Assembly: GCA_001820935.1 (NCBI GenBank)
Contig: MHRI01000030.1
Location: forward strand, 2,734-66,733
DNA: 64,000 nt
Reading direction: 5' to 3'
Origin: Candidatus Taylorbacteria bacterium RIFCSPHIGHO2_01_FULL_51_15
GTDB lineage: Bacteria > Patescibacteriota > Minisyncoccia > Phycocordibacterales > UBA10002
Below, piece after piece: positions 57,001 to 64,000 of the stretch. A program made the translations under genes and the position numbers. The stretch's first letter is position 1. Each line of letters starts with the position of its first letter. A model generated the notes under the pieces. The model did not search any database and had not been told where the DNA came from. It worked only from the letters and a program-made list of their open reading frames with translations.

Positions 57001-57050
57001 TATTCAGTCATTCAGTTATACGTTATCAGTTATTCAGTGACATTGAGCAA

Positions 57051-58103
57051 ATGAAATATCCCTACATCCAAATAGGCAACCGCAGGATAGGAAGAAACTA
57101 TCCGCCGTTTGTCGTTCCCGAAGTCGGCATCAATCACGAGGGCAGTTTGGCGAAAGCAAAACGCATGGTAAAAGATGCGAAGAAGGCCGGGGCCGAGTGC
57201 GTCAAGTTCCAATGCCACGTGATTGAGGATGAAATGACTCCCGCGGCAAAGACAGTCATTCCGGGGAATGCAAAAGAATCAATCTGGGACATCATGGAGC
57301 GGTGCGCTCTGTCGGAATCGCAGGACAGGGAACTCAAAAAGTATGTTGAGGATTTAGGCATGATGTACCTCTCCACCCCATTCTCACGCGCCGCGGCAAA
57401 CAGACTTGAACGGCTCGGCGTTCTCGCGTACAAAATCGGCTCCGGCGAGTGCAACAACTACCCACTCGTACGACATATCGCTTCATTCGGAAAACCGGTG
57501 ATTCTTTCTACGGGTATGAATGACATCGCCTCGATCAAGGAGAGTGTCGCTATTCTTCGGAAGAAGAAAATTCCATACGCGCTTCTCCACTGTACCTCTA
57601 TGTATCCGACGCCCTATGAGAAGGTGCGTCTTGGCGCTCTGCAGGAACTTTCGAGAATATTTCCCGACGCGGTAATAGGGCTCTCTGATCATTCAATGGG
57701 GAACTATACCTGCTTTGCCGCAACGGCGCTTGGCGGCTCGATACTTGAGAAACATTTCACCTCCGACAAACGCTGGCCCGGTCCCGATGTCCCGATATCC
57801 ATTGATCCGTCCGGACTTGCCGATCTCATCGAAGGATCAACCGCTATTTATTCGGCCCTTGGCGGAGAGAAGACAGTCCTAAAGGAAGAACAGCCGACAA
57901 TCAACTTCGCATATGCTACAGTGGTGGCGATACAGGATATACCGAAAGGGGAAAGACTTACTTTAGAAAATATCTGGGTAAAGCGTCCAGGCACCGGAAA
58001 AATCCAAGCCGCAAGGTTCGATGAACTTCTCGGATCGGTGGCGACAAGGCATATACGCATACACGAAGCGATTTCATGGGAAAAAATACAAAAAAGAAAG
58101 TAG
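57051..58103 (+). CDS. neuB: N-acetylneuraminate / legionaminate-type nonulosonic acid synthase (NeuB family)
   Basis: 'PFVVPEVGINHEGSLAKAKRMV', 'KIGSGECNNYPL' and 'GLSDHS' are NeuB TIM-barrel signatures. C-terminal SAF/AFP-like domain. Confidence 0.85.
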   Translation: MKYPYIQIGNRRIGRNYPPFVVPEVGINHEGSLAKAKRMVKDAKKAGAECVKFQCHVIEDEMTPAAKTVIPGNAKESIWDIMERCALSESQDRELKKYVEDLGMMYLSTPFSRAAANRLERLGVLAYKIGSGECNNYPLVRHIASFGKPVILSTGMNDIASIKESVAILRKKKIPYALLHCTSMYPTPYEKVRLGALQELSRIFPDAVIGLSDHSMGNYTCFAATALGGSILEKHFTSDKRWPGPDVPISIDPSGLADLIEGSTAIYSALGGEKTVLKEEQPTINFAYATVVAIQDIPKGERLTLENIWVKRPGTGKIQAARFDELLGSVATRHIRIHEAISWEKIQKRK

Positions 58104-59233
58104 CCTTCCTTACCGGCACGCGCGCGGACTTCGGAAAGATCAAGCCTCTCATTGGGAGAGTCGTTGCCGATGGAAATTTCGATGTGCACATCTTTGCTAC
58201 CGGGATGCATATGGATAGTAAGTACGGCAGTACCGTCGAAGAAATCGAAAAGACAGGATTCCCCAATATCTATAAATTCATTAATTACACTGGCTCATCG
58301 ACTCTTGATGCGATCATGGGGAACACTGTGCTTGGCTTTGGGAACTTCGTGCGGCAAGTGGAGCCTGATCTTATCGTCGTGCACGGCGATCGGAGCGAAG
58401 CCATGGCGGGCGCGCTTGTCGGGGCACTAAGTAACATCCACGTGAGCCATATCGAAGGAGGTGAAGTTTCGGGAACCGTTGACGAAATCATTAGGCACGC
58501 CGTGAGCAAACTCTCACATACCCATTTTGTCGCGAATGCGGAAGCGAAAAGGCGACTCGTGCAGATGGGCGAACGAGAGACTTCGGTGTTTGTGATCGGT
58601 TCGCCCGATCTTGATATCATGAAGTCAGACGAACTCCCGGACTTTAAAACGGTGCAAAAGAATTACGCCATTCCGTTTAGCCGTTACGGCATCGTTATCT
58701 TTCATCCAGTTACGACCGAGGTAGGCGGACTGCTGAAGGAAACAAAGCAGCTCGTGGAAGCGCTTCAAGCATCCAAGTTCAACTATGTGGTGATCTACCC
58801 GAACAATGATCCGGGCACCGATGTCATCTTAAGTGTCTATGAGGAAAAGCTCCGACGGGATAAACACTTCGCGCTTTACCCCTCCATGCGCTTCGAATAT
58901 TTTCTTAGTTTGCTCAAACACGCTCACTTTATTATTGGCAATTCAAGCTCGGGTGTGCGCGAAGCTCCTTTCTATGGAGTCCCGGTCATCAATGTCGGGA
59001 GCCGACAGAAAAACCGCGTGAAAGCAAAAGAAGGGGGAGGCATCTTTGATGTCGGTCATGCGAGCGCCGAAATCCTCTCACACATTTTGAAGTTTTCCAA
59101 AAAGCGGGTTCGTTTCGAATCGACGAACGGATTCGGCAGCGGAGGGAGCGCCGATAACTTTATGAAGATCTTGAAGGATGGAAGACTCTGGAACATCGGT
59201 ATACAAAAACAGTTTTTAGACATTACCTTCTAA
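58076..59233 (+). CDS. neuC: UDP-N-acetylglucosamine 2-epimerase (hydrolysing), NeuC family
   Basis: 'KKVAFLTGTRADFGKIKPL' and 'VHGDRSEAMAGALVGAL' segments. 'HIEGGEVSGTVDE' catalytic region. Confidence 0.85.
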   Translation: MGKNTKKKVAFLTGTRADFGKIKPLIGRVVADGNFDVHIFATGMHMDSKYGSTVEEIEKTGFPNIYKFINYTGSSTLDAIMGNTVLGFGNFVRQVEPDLIVVHGDRSEAMAGALVGALSNIHVSHIEGGEVSGTVDEIIRHAVSKLSHTHFVANAEAKRRLVQMGERETSVFVIGSPDLDIMKSDELPDFKTVQKNYAIPFSRYGIVIFHPVTTEVGGLLKETKQLVEALQASKFNYVVIYPNNDPGTDVILSVYEEKLRRDKHFALYPSMRFEYFLSLLKHAHFIIGNSSSGVREAPFYGVPVINVGSRQKNRVKAKEGGGIFDVGHASAEILSHILKFSKKRVRFESTNGFGSGGSADNFMKILKDGRLWNIGIQKQFLDITF

Positions 59234-59241
59234 TTCCTTCC

Positions 59242-59904
59242 ATGATCGCCGAACCCGATTTTAACAAGGCCTTTGATCATGAGAACAATTTCTATTGGAC
59301 CTCACCTCCCGAGCGGTTGGGGAAATGCATCGCGCATTATGAACTCTTTAAGATCGCGAACGAGCTTTCCGGAGATATCGTCGAATGCGGTGTTTTTAAA
59401 GGCGCATCACTGCTTCGGTTCGCTTCTTTCCAGGAGGTCTTCGGGAAGAAAAAGCGGAAGGTGGTCGGTTTTGACACGTTTGGCACATTTCCCGAAACGC
59501 GCTTCGAAGCTGATAAGTCGCATCGAAAAGAGTTTATCGACGATGCCGGCGCGGAAAGCATATCCAAGGAGGAGCTTCTTTCTGTGGTCAGGAAAAAGGG
59601 TATCAAAACAGAAGTAGAACTTATCGAGGGGGACGTAGTGGAAACAGTTCCCGCCTATGTAAAAGCGCACCCCAATCTTACCATCGCGCTTCTTAATCTC
59701 GATACGGATATCTACGAGCCGGCCGTTGCCATACTCCATAATCTCTATCCGTGTATTGTGGAAGGGGGAGTGCTCATTTCTGACGATTATCGCGTCTTTC
59801 CCGGAGAGACCAAAGCGATCGATGACTTCTTCAGAGGAAAGAATGTAACGATACAAAATTTCCCCAATTTGAAGACTCCGCATTTTATTATCAAGAAAGG
59901 ATAA
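59242..59904 (+). CDS. TylF/MycF-type SAM-dependent O-methyltransferase
   Basis: 'DIVECGVFKGASL' motif. 'LLNLDTDIYEPAVAILHNLYPCIVEGGVLISDDY' matches macrocin-O-MTase-like proteins. Confidence 0.65.
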   Translation: MIAEPDFNKAFDHENNFYWTSPPERLGKCIAHYELFKIANELSGDIVECGVFKGASLLRFASFQEVFGKKKRKVVGFDTFGTFPETRFEADKSHRKEFIDDAGAESISKEELLSVVRKKGIKTEVELIEGDVVETVPAYVKAHPNLTIALLNLDTDIYEPAVAILHNLYPCIVEGGVLISDDYRVFPGETKAIDDFFRGKNVTIQNFPNLKTPHFIIKKG

Positions 59905-59930
59905 CGGTTCACCGCATTTAAGAAAGAGCC

Positions 59931-60044
59931 CAAAACACAGTGACCAAAAATTCAGACAAAACACAGTGTGCCAAACTGCCAAACGAGTCGGTTTGTGTTC
60001 TGGAGATTTGTGCAGTTTGTTTGGACTTTGTGTACTGTGTTTTG
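59931..60044. repeat. Intergenic direct plus inverted repeat cluster (CAAAACACAGTG x2 direct; inverted copy TACTGTGTTTTG)
   Basis: Read directly at 59931-59942, 59957-59968 and 60033-60044. A degenerate TIR-family fragment 'TTAGAATATATTTAGG' lies at 60049-60064. Confidence 0.5.
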
Positions 60045-60078
60045 TAAGGTTTAGAATATATTTAGGTAATTCATTTTT

Positions 60079-61029
60079 ATGAAAAATCCCGTATGCATGC
60101 TCTGCAGCTCCACCACAAACACTGTCATCCGTAAGACGTTACGCTACGAGATTAAGCGAGATGTTTTACAGTGCACTCGTTGTTCACTCGTTTTTCTTGC
60201 TCCGCAAAGCGGTGCAACCGCGTACTACACGGGGAAAGCGTATCGCAAACGCCACGGTCCGACCTTACATAAAGCTTCATCAATGCGCGAGATATTTGAT
60301 GCTTATTTTCCGCACCAAGGACCGATCGTGGAAGCCGTGCGTACCCATCTTCGTCCCTCGATGAAGATACTTGATGTCGGCTGTTCCACTGGGCATTTTC
60401 TTGCCGCGCTAAAGGGAAAAGCGAAGGAGCGTATCGGGCTTGAACTTGGAAAAGATGAAGCTTCATTCATCCGAAAGAATCTTGATTTCAAGGTATATAC
60501 TAACCCAATCGAATCCGCCCACATTGCCGAAGGACCTTTCGATCTTATTACCGCCCTCCAGGTACTCGAGCATGTGCCTGAACCTAAATCTTTCCTCCAT
60601 GGCATTTCGAGACATCTCAAACCAAATGGGCTTTTGTATCTTGAGCTTCCCAATATCGACGATGTCCTTCTCTCGGTCTTTGGCGTGAAAGGGTACGCGG
60701 ATTTCTATTTTCGCGAACCTCATGTGTGTTACTACTCAAAAAAGACGCTCAAAACTCTTCTTTCCAAGGCAGGATTTGTAGGGGAGTTTGGAACGGTTCA
60801 GCGATACAGCTTCTACAATCACCTGCATTGGATTCAGACGGGGCGGCCCCAGGCAAGCTTTGCGGACGGCAACACGATACCGGAGGTAGCGAAGGGGGCC
60901 GGAGCGCCATTTCGTGCAAAGAAGGAAATAACCGCGTTTCTCCACGACGCGAATCTCCAATACCAGAAACTCGTCGAGAAGCATATGCTCGGCGAGAGCC
61001 TAACCTTTTGGGGGCGAAAAATGTTCTAA
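60079..61029 (+). CDS. Class I SAM-dependent methyltransferase with an N-terminal Cys4 zinc ribbon
   Basis: 'CMLC...CTRC'. 'ILDVGCSTGHFL' motif I. 'LKPNGLLYLELPN' segment. Confidence 0.65.
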   Translation: MKNPVCMLCSSTTNTVIRKTLRYEIKRDVLQCTRCSLVFLAPQSGATAYYTGKAYRKRHGPTLHKASSMREIFDAYFPHQGPIVEAVRTHLRPSMKILDVGCSTGHFLAALKGKAKERIGLELGKDEASFIRKNLDFKVYTNPIESAHIAEGPFDLITALQVLEHVPEPKSFLHGISRHLKPNGLLYLELPNIDDVLLSVFGVKGYADFYFREPHVCYYSKKTLKTLLSKAGFVGEFGTVQRYSFYNHLHWIQTGRPQASFADGNTIPEVAKGAGAPFRAKKEITAFLHDANLQYQKLVEKHMLGESLTFWGRKMF

Positions 61030-61036
61030 TTACGCT

Positions 61037-62815
61037 ATGTCCATACGCAGGATTTTTCACGCGCTACGGCTCTTCCGCCTGGCGTTTGCCGCATACAGAT
61101 GGAGGATCGTCTGCATGGCAACGTTAAGTTTTATAAGCGGGGCGCTTGAAGGTATTGGTATCACCGCGATCATCCCGCTGTTCTCCTTTATTGGTGGCGG
61201 GGGAAAGGCGTCGGATAACATCTCTATCGCGATTGCGAAGTTCTTCGAATACCTGCACCTCCCCTACACGGCGAAGTTTCTGCTCATCTTTATGATCGGC
61301 CTTTTTCTCGCTAAGGCGCTGTTTCTCCTATTTTCCCAGCAGATTTCGGCGAGGGTAATAGCTGATTTCGAGAAAAAGACACGAGCGTCCCTCATCAAGT
61401 GCACATTTGATGCCACATGGCCGTTTCTTTCTTCGCAGAAAGTGGGACATCTTGATCAAATGCTCTCAACGGAGGTGGCAAACAGTTCCGCCATCCTCCT
61501 CTACATCAGCAACGCGACGCTGGTCGTCATCAATCTCTTCATTTACAGCATGCTCGTCTTCAACATCTCTCCAACGATCGCCGTGCTCACCGTTCTCTCG
61601 GGTGCAACCATATTTCTCATTTTTCTTCCATTCCTGCAAAAGACGAGGGTGCTTTCAGAAAAAATGGTACGGGAGAACAAGGAGCTCGCGCATTTCGCAA
61701 GTGAGCATCTCATCGGCGCGAAGACCATCAAATCCATGCACCTGGAAGGCCCTACCTTCGTACGAGGTCAGGCACTCATAGAGAGAATGCGGCACCTCTA
61801 TCTCAAGCTGTCGTTCCTGAAAAACAGCACGGCAGCGCTTCTTCAGCTCGCCGGAGTCTTTTTTGTCGTTGGCCTGTTTGTATTTCTGTATAAAACTTCC
61901 GCGTTTGAGTTCGCCTCGTTTGCGGTCGTGGTATACGCCCTGAACAAAGTATTCACCAATATCCAGTTCGCTCAATCGAGCGCTCACGCGATAAGCATGC
62001 AGATACCCTATCTTTCAAGTCTACTTTCCTATGAGAAGGAAGCCAGAGGGTATGAGGAGATCGAAGGTGGAGACGAGGCGTTTTCGTTCACGAAAGAACT
62101 TTCGTTCAGAGATGTGGAGTTCGAATACAGGAAAGACGATCCGGCACTTCGCAAGATCAGCTTTTCGATTAAGAAAGGCGAGGTCATTGGCCTTGTCGGA
62201 CCCTCGGGGGCGGGGAAGACCACGATAGTAGATCTCCTTCTCCGTCTTATCGAACCTACTGCGGGGGCTATTTTGCTTGACGGAAGAAATATTCGTTCGG
62301 TGAGTCTGAAGGAATGGAGAAAAAGTATTGGATATGTGTCTCAAGAGGTTTTTCTGCTCAACGATACAATCGAAAACAACATTCGCTTTTACGGCGATTC
62401 CGTCACGAATGAAGATGTGCATGAAGCGGCACGCATGGCCAATATCTACGACTTCATCATGTCGCTTCCGGAGAAGTGGCAGACCGTTGTCGGTGAACGC
62501 GGGGTCCTCCTTTCCGGAGGACAGCGTCAGAGGATCATGCTCGCGCGCGTACTCGCCCGGAAATCCGAGATACTCCTCCTCGATGAGGCGACGAGCGCCC
62601 TTGATACGGAGTCAGAGATGTTGATACAGAAGGCAATAATGGGCCTCAAGGGCAAAGTCACGGTGCTTGCGATTGCCCACCGGTTGTCCACGGTAAGGGT
62701 TTCCGATAAGCTTATGGTGCTTCAGGATGGACAGATAGTGGAGGAGGGTACGCCGAGTGCGTTACTCCAGGATGAGCGGTCGAGATTCTTTAAGATGTAC
62801 CATACACATACATGA
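61037..62815 (+). CDS. ABC transporter, fused permease/ATPase, exporter type (MsbA-like)
   Basis: 6 TM helices. Walker A 'GPSGAGKTT'. ABC signature 'LSGGQRQRIMLARVL'. Walker B 'ILLLDEATSALD'. Confidence 0.85.
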   Translation: MSIRRIFHALRLFRLAFAAYRWRIVCMATLSFISGALEGIGITAIIPLFSFIGGGGKASDNISIAIAKFFEYLHLPYTAKFLLIFMIGLFLAKALFLLFSQQISARVIADFEKKTRASLIKCTFDATWPFLSSQKVGHLDQMLSTEVANSSAILLYISNATLVVINLFIYSMLVFNISPTIAVLTVLSGATIFLIFLPFLQKTRVLSEKMVRENKELAHFASEHLIGAKTIKSMHLEGPTFVRGQALIERMRHLYLKLSFLKNSTAALLQLAGVFFVVGLFVFLYKTSAFEFASFAVVVYALNKVFTNIQFAQSSAHAISMQIPYLSSLLSYEKEARGYEEIEGGDEAFSFTKELSFRDVEFEYRKDDPALRKISFSIKKGEVIGLVGPSGAGKTTIVDLLLRLIEPTAGAILLDGRNIRSVSLKEWRKSIGYVSQEVFLLNDTIENNIRFYGDSVTNEDVHEAARMANIYDFIMSLPEKWQTVVGERGVLLSGGQRQRIMLARVLARKSEILLLDEATSALDTESEMLIQKAIMGLKGKVTVLAIAHRLSTVRVSDKLMVLQDGQIVEEGTPSALLQDERSRFFKMYHTHT

Positions 62816-63606
62816 GTGCGTTATATGAAAGGACAATAGATGAGGTCTACAAAGCACTTGGCGCATTTTCGAAACCTTACGAAATTGACAAAAAACGCTT
62901 TGCGTCTTCGCTTCGACTCCTGAATGAGCGAGAACTCATACGAGGCAAGAAAATACTCGATCTCGGGAGCGGCGTTTGCATCTTTCCGATCGCGCTTAAA
63001 AGACTTGGTGCAGAAGTCGTCGGGTTCGATAAGTTTATCTTTCCTAGCGCGTTTGATAATCCCTATCGGATTGCTGATTTTAAGGCTCTCCAGACTATCT
63101 GGGACAAGGAGGGCATTACGGTGCGAGAGGGAGACCTTCTCAAAAGACTGCCGTTCGAAGAGGGCGAGTTCGATCTTGTAAACTCTGATTGCACGATTGA
63201 GCATCTACTCGACTCACCGAAATCACTCTTTGCAGAGGTGAGGCGTGTCCTCCGGCCTGGCGGAACATTTCTTCTCACTACTCCCAATCTCGCGAATCTG
63301 TCACGCCGTATACGATTCCTTCTTGGCCGGAGTCCCTATTGGGATCTTCGGGAATACTTTGATGGAGAGGCGCACTTCACTGGTCATCGGCGGGAGTTTA
63401 CGCTATCTGAACTTTGTGAGCTTCTTTCTTGGTCGGGATTTTCTGTGACACTCCAAAAGACGCAGAATTCATTTTTCAGCGTGAACCGACTTCTGCACCC
63501 ACGTAAATGGATGGCCCATGTTGCCAGTGCGCTCTCCTTTCCGTTCCCCAGAATGCGGGAAATCTTATTCGTACTTTGCCAGAAGCCGGTCCGGAAAGAG
63601 CTATGA
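62812..63606 (+). CDS. Class I SAM-dependent methyltransferase
   Basis: 'ILDLGSGVCIFPIAL' motif I. 'VLRPGGTFLLTTPN' segment. ATGA overlap with the ABC gene. Confidence 0.65.
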   Translation: MSALYERTIDEVYKALGAFSKPYEIDKKRFASSLRLLNERELIRGKKILDLGSGVCIFPIALKRLGAEVVGFDKFIFPSAFDNPYRIADFKALQTIWDKEGITVREGDLLKRLPFEEGEFDLVNSDCTIEHLLDSPKSLFAEVRRVLRPGGTFLLTTPNLANLSRRIRFLLGRSPYWDLREYFDGEAHFTGHRREFTLSELCELLSWSGFSVTLQKTQNSFFSVNRLLHPRKWMAHVASALSFPFPRMREILFVLCQKPVRKEL

Positions 63607-64000
63607 GACTATTTTTAGTACAGTGGGGTGGAGAGGAGAAGGAGCTCTTCGATGTAGCAAAAGAGCTACAGAAATCGCACGAGATAGTCTATTGGATGCA
63701 GAGTCGGGAGCATTTCTCCCTCCTGCGCAAGGACTTCCCCAATGCCGTCTTTCACGACGTACGCGATGCACTGAATGGTATCCCGGCGAGCGGAGTCGAT
63801 ACATCGAACTTCGTAAAGGTCGACAGTAATCTTCTCAAAAGACTCCTGTGGGCGGAGTCGTTTATAATGGGGATGATTACGAAGCACCATAGTGATTTTA
63901 CTGAAGCACAAAAACTGGAGTTCTATCATGAACTACTCAACTACTGGAAAGGGATGTTCGATGTGTTGAAGCCCGAAGCAATCATCTTTCCGATGACGCC
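63603..64000 (+). CDS. Hypothetical protein, 3'-truncated by the window end
   Basis: Open frame from ATG 63603 (ATGA overlap with the upstream stop) to the window end. Not in the ORF track because no stop is reached. Confidence 0.35.
   Translation, partial: MRLFLVQWGGEEKELFDVAKELQKSHEIVYWMQSREHFSLLRKDFPNAVFHDVRDALNGIPASGVDTSNFVKVDSNLLKRLLWAESFIMGMITKHHSDFTEAQKLEFYHELLNYWKGMFDVLKPEAIIFPMT

Overview
The window is a densely packed, mostly plus-strand stretch of bacterial chromosome. Gene packing, frequent ATGA start/stop overlaps and the GT4 'IYPPDIGGPA' motif suggest a small-genome uncultivated bacterium such as Patescibacteria/CPR, but lineage cannot be established from sequence alone.

The first ~4.6 kb holds a DinJ/YafQ-type toxin-antitoxin pair, a DUF4272-like gene, murC, rsmI and a pterin-4a-carbinolamine dehydratase.

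From ~4.6 to 10.7 kb there is an accessory block: a membrane-anchored glycoside-hydrolase-like protein, two small orphan genes with their own terminators, a TraD/VirD4-like P-loop ATPase carrying a ~220-aa Pro/Ser-rich tail, and a PKD plus lamin-tail-domain surface protein.

From ~10.7 kb to the end of the window runs a ~53-kb surface-glycan island. It carries:
- at least seven GT4 and two GT2 glycosyltransferases, an exostosin-like glycosyltransferase and a GtrA flippase-like protein;
- rfbB, an rmlA-like nucleotidyltransferase, gmd and fcl;
- two PLP-dependent aminotransferases, about ten SAM-dependent methyltransferases, a TagB/TagF-like CDP-glycerol transferase and a sulfatase/LTA-synthase-like protein;
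- a neuB/neuC/neuA nonulosonic-acid set plus a hisH/hisF/N-acetyl-sugar amidotransferase trio;
- an MsbA-like ABC exporter.

Most notable findings:
1. Three adjacent genes (39660-44003) match the established core of the Campylobacter O-methyl-phosphoramidate (MeOPN) pathway: a PEP-utilising 'glutamine kinase'-like enzyme, a C26 glutamine-amidotransferase-like hydrolase and a LicC-like nucleotidyltransferase. Here the kinase is fused to a TagD-like cytidylyltransferase. This may be an undescribed phosphoramidate or phospho-modification system.
2. A family of GC-rich palindromic elements is inserted in frame into murC, two GT4 genes and a UGDH-like gene. One intergenic copy shows stem covariation. 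This resembles Rickettsia RPEs.
3. A family of AT-rich terminal-inverted-repeat (TIR) intergenic elements occurs in five copies; one copy carries a four-helix-bundle (23S-IVS-type) gene between perfect 22-bp TIRs.
4. Heptanucleotide tandem repeats sit at equivalent positions in two GT4 genes.

No rRNA, tRNA or CRISPR array was recognised. All calls rest on motif and architecture recognition by eye; no database search was run.
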